Positions 1 to 11,738 of a stretch of 64,000 bases of DNA are shown piece after piece. The stretch lies in assembly GCA_051362555.1 (NCBI GenBank), contig CM120641.1, positions 15,128,001-15,192,000 of the forward strand. Direction: 5' to 3'. The notes beneath the pieces are model-generated. The model ran no database searches. It had not been told where the DNA came from and saw only the letters and a list, made by a program, of their open reading frames with translations. The position numbers were made by a program, and so were the translations under genes. The stretch comes from Lingula anatina (Eukaryota > Animalia > Brachiopoda). Position 1 is the stretch's first letter; each line of letters begins with the position of its first letter.

Positions 1-1706
1 GAACATTTAATGAACATTTTAGCCCTTTCTATGAGTAAATGTAGCACTTCCAATGACAAGTAGCCCAACAGTATTTCTGACTCCGAAGAAACAAAATGAG
101 TTCGACGCTGTTCCACACCAAATCTACACCTTTATTTTCCCCAATCTTCTGCTAAATTCTATCCCTGGCCATGCCTGGCGTATTCCCAGGTGGACTATTT
201 ATCTCGTGTCTGCAGGAGCCAAAAGAGTATACTCTCACACACAGGAGCTCAAAAGTCATTTTGAATCATCTTGAGGAATTGGAAAATAAAGAAGCATCAT
301 GCAGCGAATTAAACTATTCCTTTTCAACCCAGATCCAATATATTGATTTGGGTCTTATTTAGTTTTAAGGAAAGGTGACACGAAATCATATTTCCTAGAA
401 AAAGGTTTGAAAACATTTCAATCGAGTTATTTGAATTTCCAATAGTTATGGACAAATGGCAACGTCATCAAGAGTCTTGCTTATAGTGATGATTAATGTT
501 ATTTTTCTCCGTTTTGCGTTTCACCCTACAAACACAAAATGAAGACCATTGACCTCCTACATGTATGTCCATAAACCATCCATATGGGATTGACTAATAA
601 TGAAAATGCGATACTCCTGTAAAATGCCACATTATTTAATCAATCAATAACCTTCTTTACTACAAACCAGTACTGGAACACGTGCATGTTCACGTCATTC
701 CCAAACGTTTACAGTTGAAGGGCAAACACTGTAATTGATAAGAAGCTATAAAAGATGTAAAACTACCCAACCCCCCACACATCCCCACACACGCACCCAA
801 TTATCAATCAATAATAAAACTACGAATATTCAAGCGTACTTTCAAGTGTTCCAACATATGAAAAACACATTCCGTCCCTTGATCCTTTTTCCTTATCAAA
901 AGGATGATACGTTTTATCCTGAATATACAAACATTCAGCTTTTATTAAATGTTATCTGCAAAAATACATTTTGCTTTTTAAACAAACTTCAAAGGTGCTA
1001 CTGGGCATGGCCAAGTTTTTCACTCCTGACATACATCTTTGTAATCAAACAGAAAATCAACAAATAAGCCGTCTTTACCCAGCTACCTAAACACTTCAGT
1101 TATTTTCAAACTATTTGAAGTTTACAGTATATGATAACAGAGACATTAACTTTAAAACTATCAGCAAAAATACAAAAACGGCAAGTAGTAGCTGTAGTCA
1201 TGCATATACATGTGGTCTAAAGATGAATTCTAACAAGTCATTTTGTCTTTGTAATTCGATAGGGTGATGTAGACAACTTGAAATATGTTAAAATACTAGG
1301 CAAATTCATCATCAAGTCCATTAGCCAATAAAGATTCCCATAAAGAATCTGCATAATGCTAATGCATAGAAATCTGACAGTTAAACCAGACCAAAACCCC
1401 TGTATATGTCTTTAATACAGTCATCATAAATGTGATTGTAAATTTAAATTTTCCTTGAAAGAACCGACCATGTGAGGACTGCTCTGAATTATTTGATCTA
1501 GATGCTATGCTAGTTCTCAAGCTGGTTCAGATAAGGGGGTAACAAAAATCTGCTTTTTCAGGAAAAATACCCAGGCCTAGACATATTAGCACAGTTTGCC
1601 ATTCTGAAAGACAAGACAAAAAAGTGTCAATTTTTTCAACAAATTAGCTTCTTCTTGTCCAAGCGAAATCCTTTACATCAGCTCCAAAGTGACCCTGATC
1701 ACCTTT

Positions 1707-1968
1707 GAGCGTACTCAGAACAGATGATCCGCAGACTAACTGATCCGACAACTAAATATGACTTAAATAGTGATGCTGCTAATTCCCTGATGGTCTTCCC
1801 TCCTCTACAAGCACCATTAAATGGATTTGCAAATATTCACATTACAATGGGTGTGGAGGCCGGGATTAGCAGACCATTAGGGGATTAGCACATCACTTTT
1901 TAAGTGGGGTTGGTCATATTTAGTCGGTGGATCAGTTAGTCCTCGGGACATCTGTTCTGAATGCGTTC
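1707..1968. mobile_element. MITE with imperfect long TIRs (PIF/Harbinger-like), same family as 32173-32476
   Basis: The left end gagcgtactcagaacagatg..actaactgatcc..actaaatatgac is the reverse complement of the right end gtcatatttagtc..ggatcagttagtc..catctgttctgaatgcgttc. No ORF. Confidence 0.7.
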
Positions 1969-2339
1969 TTTGGCTCCACTCCCAAGTGTAAAGTGGCTCT
2001 ATTCAGTAATTGCATGCTAGGATTACCTGTCAGTATCAGACATTAATTGCATTCTGCTGAAATGTCTCCTCAGCTGCAATCTGTTCACTTTATGACACTG
2101 AACATAACAACATTATTTTTATGTCACATAAATACTGGCTTGTGTTGTTGACAGATGCAAGGATGGACCACTTAAATACTCCTATTCACTCTTCTCTATG
2201 CTGTTTAAATGAGCTCAATCCACGCAATTTTGCTTGGATTTTACAAGAAGCCTTTGGACAGTCTCAGTCTCCTCTACTGCTTGACTGTACATAATTTCCA
2301 TCAGATTTGGTGCTGATCCAATATCCTATGGATCTACAA

Positions 2340-4573
2340 TCATCCTGGTTTTGTCTTTTTGAGGATTAACATATGTATTGTATGGTTGCCAGGCAATCCA
2401 GACTGGCCGATATCTGGGCTGTCAGCTTCAAAGGTACCCAGTGGAATGTGGGTGCACTCAAGCTGCCATCTTTGTAACAAGTGCTCAATGGAGCGATCAG
2501 CACTGCAAAACAAAGATGTTTTAGTTAAAAAACGGATCCCTTCGAAATGATTCCATGTTAAACCAGTTAAAGAATTGTTTAAATGCCACAAAATAATTTT
2601 TGTGTTTCAATGCACATGCATAAATAAATAACTTAATAATATACAGTTTTATCCACTTAATTTGATACAATCTACTGATCTGATATCCTAGTACCTCCTT
2701 TCTTGATAGGTGCACCATATTTCGGCTTCAGGATTTCTTTCCATAAGGAATGACATTGTCACAATAACATCTTCAAAATCTATTATATAAAATGCCAAAC
2801 ATTAATTAAAGAAGCAAAGGGGCAATTTCTTTAAAAACAAAATAAATGTATTCTATGACTGATAGCCATTAATAAATATGCAAAGCCTTTTCATTATCTG
2901 CAAAAATAAAATAACAAATAAATATAATGGCAAATGATGGTAATAAATGCCATACCATAGCAGAGAAAATCTCCAGACATGAAAAGTTTTTCCACTGTAG
3001 TGATGAAGGAAATGGTGCTATGAAATGACAAAATGAGTAAGATATGAAGAGTTTTGATTCATACATAAACATATGCTTTACAGTGATACTGCACCATATA
3101 ACTCCATAACCAGGAATCATCAGAGGAACCTAGTGTATACTAGTACTTAAGTGTATATTTATATACACTCAGATAAATAAATCTTTCAGCACTTACCTTT
3201 GGTATCATAAAAGCAGTCTGAAGCTAGAACAATATCCACCTGCTTGAGCTGCAGCAAACTTGGACTGAACTGTCCCCAGGTAATTCCCACAATATGGACA
3301 TTTTTAGCACCATTAGCATCCCTGCTCTTGGCACAGTTTTCTAAACAATTGGAAAATTCACTGTTGTCACTGAGAGTGACATCTGCTGCTCCACACAGTG
3401 CTGCCACTAGTCCAGGTAGTGCAGTCCCTGCACCTAACTGTAATGTTATAGTGGGTGTGATATAACAAGTAAAATGTAGATCTATGCTGCACATATATTT
3501 ATTCTTGGTATACAGAATAATTTCTTCCTTACATGACAGCTGACTTCAAAATGCACATGTACTAGACAGGCGTACAATCCAGTGGCCTACATTCACAATA
3601 TGCATTAAAAAAATAATCAAATTTTACAAATATGATTACAAAATAAATACCTCAAGTACAGACTTATTTTTCACCTTGCTTCTGTGAAACCATATATATT
3701 GTGCAAGTACTGGAGAACAGGGCCATACATACATGCCATAACTAGGATCTAAGACCTGAGGAGAAATATACCACAAACATCAAACAGAATTTTTAAATCC
3801 TAAAATTTTAAAAGTTCATCAGTGCCCTGAAATATTACTGATCAAAAACTGACGGAAAATTAAAAAATAATTGCATTAACTGTTATTTATTTATTTACAG
3901 GCTAAAAAAGAATATATTCTTTGTATGATTCTGATACATGTATGAGCCGGTATATCTCTAGCTAGGCTTGCATGTGCAGGAGTGTACAAAGATGAACCAC
4001 AGTAATAATGCAAGTCTGTTGCAGTGTAAAGAATCAAGCATTCAGCACACGGCGGAGCACAGAATTCCACGCGTTACTACTTCTATTAATGGCCTCTGAT
4101 AGGTTCTATATTTACAAATATAATACATATCAAAGACCGTAAACGGGAGTGCTAACACATGATGTACATGTACAGTACATGTACGGGGGCGTCTCGATAG
4201 TCCGAAGGTTCATTGGTCCGAAGGTTCATTGGTCCGAAAAGTGGTAACGTTTTTATCGATTTTTTAATCAAGGGTTCATTGGTCCGAAGGTTCTATAGTG
4301 AACATTCGGACCAATGAACCTTCGGACTATTGAACCTTCGGACTATCGCTACGGCCCCACATGTACTGTACCAGCAGATATTGTTTTACGTAAATAACTC
4401 CTTAGCAGCCCCAAATATTTGTTTACTTGAAGTAATAAACAATGAAAACATCAGTGACAAAGCTATTATTGATATACCTGCGGGATTTTAACGCTTAGCT
4501 GTTCTCTAGTGCGGATGTCTTGGAAGTGAAAAAGTTTCTCTTGTGCAAACTGCTCAACGCACATGTCAGCCAT
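2340..4573 (-). CDS. METTL23: Methyltransferase-like protein 23 (class I SAM-dependent methyltransferase), 5 exons, 229 aa
   Basis: Exons (minus strand): 4478-4573, 3651-3755, 3197-3437, 2695-2779, 2340-2502. All introns are GT-AG, phases are consistent, total 690 nt. The translation contains YGMYVWPCSPVLAQYIWFHR, VLELGAGTALPG (SAM motif I), LASDCFY, FEDVIVT, YQERSADRSIEHLL and LPGNHTIHML, matching vertebrate METTL23 along its length. Confidence 0.95.
4171..4370. mobile_element. Palindromic MITE with 16-bp subterminal tandem repeats in METTL23 intron 1
   Basis: Outer inverted repeat tacagtacatgt..gggg / cccc.acatgtactgta. Units of gtccgaaggttcattg repeat on the left and appear as reverse complements (caatgaaccttcggac) on the right. 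Confidence 0.75.
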
Positions 4574-4787
4574 CGTTGATAAACACACTCAGCTGAGTCG
4601 CTTAGTGCAAATCAAAATATTTACAATTTTGTCATTCATTAAGTATTGCATCATATAATATGGTTATCAATTCAATTTTGGTCATAACTGTTCAATAATT
4701 TGACATATATAATCGTTAATTTGTGGAAAAATCCAAATAAAATACAGCCACGCGAAACGACCTTCACCTTGTGGCTTAATAACAATA
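4574..4787. promoter_or_regulatory. Putative bidirectional promoter and 5' UTRs of METTL23 and SIRT7
   Basis: Only 214 bp separate the divergent start codons (METTL23 ATG at 4573 on minus, SIRT7 ATG at 4788 on plus). TSSs cannot be seen from sequence. Confidence 0.7.
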
Positions 4788-7700
4788 ATGGCGGAGGAAG
4801 TTCGGCTGGGCAGAACGTCAGCAAGAAATGCAAAGAAATATGAAGAAAAGAAGAGAATCCGGGTTAAGGAGGAATTGCAAGCAAGGGCCAAACAAGTAAG
4901 TGTGTAATTAGATACATAATGGTGCTTTCATTTCCTCAACAGCAAGAAAAATACTGATCAAAATATTGATTGCTGAAGAAAGTTACAGTATATTAGATAA
5001 ATCCAGTTCGTCTTTCCCCGAATAAAAAAAATATAATATATCTCAGTTAAATGGATGTAAGTATCTTACTGGGTAAGTAATTCCCGTTTCCCACTTCAAA
5101 AACTGGGAATGACTCCAAAGGTTATTGCAAATATGACTCGATACTAAAGACGGACCAAAATGGCCACCGTTAATCTGACCGGGGTCCGCCATATAGATAA
5201 ACGTCCCAATAAAACATTCGTCCCGATAGATACGTCTCTATACATACACGTCTCAATAGATTTACGTCTCGTTAAATTTACGTTCCGATAGATCCACCAA
5301 CAGATTCCTATAAACCCACGTATCTTTAGATCCAGGTACCGCTAGATCCATCTATCTGACATCCTAATCGGCTAAAAGGCCGATATCAACTTGTGATACA
5401 GGTATGAGGCTTTCGAGTGATAGTCTGGCTGCGAATACTGATCCACTTAGTGATCTGACTTAATTACAACCTGATATTTATCATTCATTCATTTTTTTAT
5501 GTATTTATATATTTATTAGGTGTTCAAACAAGACATACATGTACTGAGTACGTTCGCGTCTACACGTCTATCACACTCTAAAGTTCGGGAACGCGTCGTA
5601 AACATGAAACAGAACACATTTTAAGTGTGCAAATGTTACATTTTGAGAACGCTTTAAACAGTGTTCTGGCGCCAGAACACTGAGCGTTGTGAAATATAGA
5701 ACACATTTTTTTTTTTTTTTTTTTTTTTTGTTTTGTTTAGAACACATTTACATGTAAATTCAGAACACTTTACGTGTTCGAATGTTACATTTTGAGAACG
5801 CTTTAAACAGTGTTCTGACGCTAGAACAGTAAGCGTTGTGAAATATAGAACACATTTTTGTTCTTTTTATGTTCTTTCACTGAGTATTGTGTGAAAACGA
5901 TCTAGTAGAATAATTTATTGCTGAAAGGATTAATATGTGTACTGTCGTTTTAAAGAAGTGCATTTTATGTACTGAGTAGTATACCAACCATTTTGAGCAA
6001 AAGCATACCTGTAATGGATCTATCGGTATTTGGATCTCAAAATACGTGGATCTATAGGTATGTGGATTTAAAGGACGTCGGTTTATGAGGACGTCGTATC
6101 TATAGGAACGCAAATATATAGGACAGCAGTAAAAAATCGGATCTATCGGTATTTAAATCTAAAAAGACGTTTTTTCAGTTTTTCCTTTATGTATCTAGCG
6201 GTAACGGGATTATAGGGACGTGTAATATTTTGGGACTAAATTTTATCCGTACGTACCCATCTGACCGACGTTACGTTTGTCGTAAGATATGATACGATAT
6301 GATATGATATGATATGATTTGTTAGATATTTCAACTGTAACTTATACATATAAATAGCTATAAAACAAAATAAATATATGGAAAATACAAGAAAATAAAA
6401 AATTATTTCCATCGTGGTCCATAGTGTTGTAGGTATTGATGTGAGGCTCTTATTTAGTAATAATGTGATCGTACAAATATAACATTTACCAGATTTATTA
6501 CTCAAGAATATTACAAGAAGTTGTCTGTAAATGGGATATTTAATTATGTATATCATGCTTAAACAAACAATGGCAGGATATTAGTTTGATCAATCTATGT
6601 AGACCAGTAGTTACAATTGGAATGAGACCTAAATGTTGCTTTTATTTAAGATTGCTGAAATATTAAAGAAAGATGAAAGTGTAAGGACTCCAGAAGAAGA
6701 TGAGGTTTTACAGCAGTCTCCAGATGTTGTGGCAGATGTGGAGAGAAGAGCAAAACACAGGAACAAGGTCAAAGAGAGGTTGATGGAGGTAAAAAAAACT
6801 GTGAATGCAAGTAAAGCATACAATTGTCAGCTTTTTTTGTATAGTTAACTATAAGCGTTGTCTTATATTATAAAGTTTTAATCAACATGTGCAGGAATCA
6901 TGATATCTGTATTGATCAAAGTAAGAAAAAATATCATATAAATATATGTAAACATTTTTATCTTGATTTTTCCAACAGACCCCTGCTTTTAAATTTTACT
7001 TCAAATTAAATTTTTTTAAAACTTATTGTGAAACAAATATTCTTAATTGGATGTTTTGAAGTTTGTCCCCTTAAATGTGAAAGAAATCCATGCACTTCTT
7101 TTTTGTTATCTTTGTCTTTGTTAATACTATCATTTCTCAAGATTTTTGCTTGTAGACTTACTGTGACACTTGGGCTTTATAAGGTTATCCATTTCTTACT
7201 TAAAAATTGAGATTGATGTGCTTTTTGTGTCTTATCCAGCATTTTATTTTCCAGATTGAAGACTCCACAGAAGAACTAGAATCAAAGTGTGACAAACTAG
7301 CAGAGGCCATTAGACAAGCCAAACACCTTGTGATATACACTGGAGCTGGCATAAGCACAGTGAGTTGTTTTAAGAGACAGAATTTGCTGATCTATGTAAT
7401 GAAACAAAAATATGTTTCTCTTTTATATATGAAGCATAGGGTCTATAAGTATGACACAAAAACCATATTACAATGACTAAATTGTTATTTTTGTTTCCTT
7501 AGGCTGCCTCAATACCAGACTATAGGGGACCAAATGGGGTGTGGACCTTATTACAGCAGGGAAAAGAAATAAAGTATGTTGTCATGCATATTTTAACAAA
7601 TGTAGAAAATGCACTAATTCTTTTTTCTCTTGAATTTTTCTTGATTGAACAACTTTCGGCTAGTTAGAAAAAGGATACACATTATTTTAGACTACATTAA

Positions 7701-10700
7701 TCCATATGATTTTAATTCACTGTCAAAATATTTTATCTGTAGTATATTTTTTATAACTGTTCATGTTATAGGTACTAATCCCTTTTCTTCATGACATGCA
7801 CATGATACCTATTAACACTGTCCCATTTGATTTGAATTGTCTTTAATCATTGGTATGGTCTAAACACATGTTAAATCTGAAAGTAAGCTTGATGGGGATA
7901 TGATGTCCAAACTTTGTCTCTTTTTTTTTTCTTTTACTATCTGTCTATATGACAAACATGTAAGCAAGATTGCTTTTAAACAGAATTTTTGGTGGGGTTG
8001 TTTGTAAGGCTAAGTTAATGGCCTGATGTTTAGATTGCTTTCTTTACTATTTTCACCTGGTGATTGTGTTTTTAGGCCTCAGGACCTAAGTGATGCAGAT
8101 CCTACCATTACACACATGAGTATAGCTCAGTTGTATGAGGAAGGTTTTGTGAGTATAACAGACTTATTTTATCTCTTTGCAAATGATTTTTAGTGACATA
8201 AACAGGTACATATACTAACCATCAATATAAGTCCATATTTATAATTGTTTTAATGTAGGATTGTGTACAAATATGATCATAACATTTGCTATAGAAAGTT
8301 CTTAGTTCTGCAGTGTTTGAGAGTGGCTATAAAATTTTCACTGATTTGTCATATCCATCCTGTGCACAGATGAATTAGTTGATATTTTTTCCTTTGCAGG
8401 TAAAATATGTTGTATCTCAAAACTGTGATGGGCTTCACCTAAGGAGTGGCCTTCCTAGAGATGCATTATCAGAAGTACATGGCAACATGTATATAGAGGT
8501 ATGTCAAGAGAAGGCATTGGTATTGTCCTGGCACAAGCAGTTTGAATAACCAGTGACAACTTACCCAGTTTCCTCTGGCATAATATGTTTCAACTGCTGT
8601 AAATCTTTTCAATTAGTGTTTTTTTCATTTGTATACTATACAAAAGATAAAGCCCATAAAGATATTATATATTGTCTAGATCTCATGTACATTTGTGATT
8701 TTCATGACTTACATGTGGGTATGAGAGCAGTGATGGGTGCTCATGGTTATATTGGTTATTGTATCCCAGGCCTGCAGTTCCTGTGTTGCGAACAGGGAAT
8801 ATATTCGCCTGTTCGATGTAACTGAGAAGACTGCAGTCAGGAAACACAAGACTGGCCGCTTCTGTCATACATGTGGAAATGCGCTGAAGGATACAATAGT
8901 ACACTTTGGAGAAAAGGGTGGGCTAAATTCCCCATATAACTGGCAGCTGGCTGTGGATCAGGTTGAAGAGTGTGATATGGTGCTGTGCCTGGGAACAAGT
9001 CTTAAAGTAAGTTCTTTTTCAGAAATTTTGAAGATAAAGATCATAGTGTTAAATAATTTGCAGACAGTATCGAGCAGATGTGACAGTGCTACTTGCATAT
9101 GCATTTATTGGTGCCTTGTGAATAATTCCTCTTTAAGATTGTCTTCAATTCAAAATATTTAATAGTTTTTTTCTTTTTCAGCTGTTAAATATGTGATTTT
9201 ATTGGCTCACAGCAGTGTTTTATGTCATTATTGATCTCTGATAAATATTAGTATGAACACTTATTATGGACTGCATACTTTCATACCCATATACATATTT
9301 AGCAGTTTAAATATCTATGTTATGCCATAATCATTGGATCTGCCATTTACTGTGTAATTACTGATAATTATCTTGCAAACTTTTTCTATGATGTTAGGTT
9401 TTGAGGAAGTACCCTTGCTTGTGGAACATGCACAAATCTCCAGGGAAAAGGCCCAAGCTTTGTATAGTTAACCTACAGTGGACACCTAAAGACGATATGG
9501 CTACAATAAAGATAAATGGTATGCTCCGCTTAACTGTTACAATAGCTATGTTTAATAATACCCACATATATTAAGTTTAGGGGATAAATCGTCATCTTAA
9601 AATTGGACAGGGAAGGTTGGTATGTTAAAAATGGGTTGTGGCGCAAACTACCTTTACAATTTCAAATGGATTTGAATGAAACTTGATGCACTATATAGTG
9701 GAGGTGCCTCATGTTTTTGCACAGTGTGTAGAGCCAGGCAGTGTCATGAAAATCATATCTTCCTTTGGTCATGGTCTGTTGAAAAAATAGATCAGCTACT
9801 GGTCTGCAATTTTCTCTTTGACAAAATGGTCTGCAAATTCTGTAGTCACTTTCCAGAACTGCCCAGTAAGTGATAAAATAGAAACGTTAAGGAACAAGTA
9901 TTCTATGAACCTATTGTTTTAGGGAAAGCAATGGAAAATGTGTTTTCAAAATGTATGACTTATAGGGTAAGTTTTTTCTTTTACTATTTTGCTAATTGGA
10001 TTTAATGCTTTTTTTCAGGAAAATGTGACAAGGTCATGCATTTGGTAATGGAGAAGTTAGGAATTTCTATACCAGTTTACCAAAGGTATTACACGTTTGG
10101 TATTCCTTAGCTTAACAGGTATCCTTAATACATCGTCTAAGGACGGAACTTATTTAATTTATGATTTCTTTTCCCATAAACTTGAGGTATTTTTTGGTTA
10201 TATCTATTTTTAGAAAATTAAATGCATGGTCAAGTCTACTGCAAAATACTCCTTAAGTTCTTGCAAATAAGCCATTTTTATTTTACTTCAGAGAAAATGA
10301 CCCTATTTTCCACATGGCAACTAAATTAAAATTAGAGGAAGTTGAAACCACCAGCAAGAAAATATTACCAGTCCCTGTGGGGCTACGAAGTAAAGATTTC
10401 TCATTGAGGAAAATCAGGAGTAGGCTTGAAAGAGGAGAACAAGATAAGATCAGTTCTTCTGAACAGGCCAAAAATTCCTCACAGTTTGTTAAGACAGAGG
10501 CTTGGAGAAACCCTACCAGTCCAATAAAATGGGATAAAGAAAACAGCAAAAATGATTGTGTAACCCTAGAGGATAATGGCAGCAACTGTGATGTACTCAG
10601 GAATATGCTCAAACAGCCACCCAAGTTTCTTAACTCAGTATTACACAATTGCATACCTGACCTGGACTGTGGGCACACTTCTTTGAATAAACATGTCCTA

Positions 10701-11738
10701 TCAGCTTCAGAAAGACAACTCCACATGTCACCATTTTCCTGGCATCTTGCTCAATCAGCGGTGCATTGTAAAGGTATCCGAAGTACAAATGCTGCAGAAG
10801 CAATAATGCAAGATCATCAGTATTCTGCAAAGTCCAGCAAAATGCCCCATCTTGCTGGTATGTTAAAAACAAAGTTTTTTCCTATGCAAACTTTCTATGA
10901 TAAAGCAAACATATTTCAGGTGAAACGGAGCCATGGATCTGGTGTGACAAAGGACCCGGGTTATGACTTAGGCTTTAACCAAACACAAAATAAGAATTTT
11001 CAGGGATTTCACTCAAATTTAATTATCTCTACAGAAACAAAAGATTTCAGTAAGTCACCAGTTGATCTCTTCAGTAGGCCTCTTTCAGCTGCATATAGCA
11101 GTGAACCACAGCAGCAGTGCACAAAACGGGGAACAAAAAGTGAAAGTGGATTCTCTTCATCAGCTGCCACATCTGGAAGTTCATCTGCACCGGCAGCAGC
11201 ACTAGCAGCACCAAACTTTATGCTGGCAACGGCCAATTCATATCTCTTTTCATCAAATCTCTATGCAACTAAGTCAGGGAATGAGACAGTAAAGAGCACA
11301 AGTCCAAAGTTTTTACACCCTCAGCATGAAGTCAATCAAGGGAAAGTCTCTCAGCCTTCTTCATCACCTCATGTGTTCAATTCCAATACATCATCTTCAT
11401 CATCCTCTTTTTATAAAGTGCAATATGGATTCAGTGTTGAAAACCACAATATCCGGGGAGAACCTCAGTTACTACCTCTGGACCTGAGTAAAAGTGCAAG
11501 TGTACAAACTGTGTTGCCCAAGCAGGTAAATAATGTGTTTTCTCAGGAAAGTGGCATAGGATCATTCAATCAAAATGCAGATACACAATCTCAGGATGAA
11601 GAGGATGCTTCACTTATTACTGACAGTCCAGAAAAAGTTGAAGTTTCTTCTCTAAAGCGCCCCATTTCAGTGACTACACCCGGTTGGTTTGGAAAAGGAC
11701 TAAATGTTAGAAAGGTGAAAAAAAGAAGGTTGACTTGA
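4788..11738 (+). CDS. SIRT7: NAD-dependent protein deacylase sirtuin-7, 10 exons, 821 aa
   Basis: Exons 4788-4895, 6651-6788, 7255-7359, 7503-7573, 8076-8148, 8400-8498, 8770-9006, 9398-9518, 10019-10085, 10292-11738 (2466 nt, GT-AG, phases consistent). Sirtuin motifs: [46 protein letters not shown], two CxxC Zn sites, [25 protein letters not shown]. The basic helical N-terminus and the C-terminal GWFGKG plus basic tail are SIRT7-type rather than SIRT6-type. Confidence 0.95.
5180..6270. mobile_element. Degenerate inverted-repeat element in SIRT7 intron 1 with a nested tandem-repeat insert
   Basis: cgatagat/acgtccc-like motifs at 5190-5350 mirror gatctatcg/gggacgt motifs at 6015-6240. An internal direct duplication (agaacac...aatgttacattttgagaacgctttaaacagtgttctg...agcgttgtgaaatatagaacacatttt) lies at ~5610-5710 and ~5761-5860. 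Boundaries are approximate. Confidence 0.5.

Noticed and set aside
53-362. Two overlapping short ORFs at the window start
   Set aside because: No recognisable domain or consistent splice structure, and stops interrupt all frames upstream. They may be a truncated or decayed sequence but cannot be supported.
10283-11236. Antisense ORFs within the SIRT7 last exon (and similar overlapping ORFs in CLEC16A and the dispanin gene)
   Set aside because: These are shadow frames of real coding exons with no independent support.
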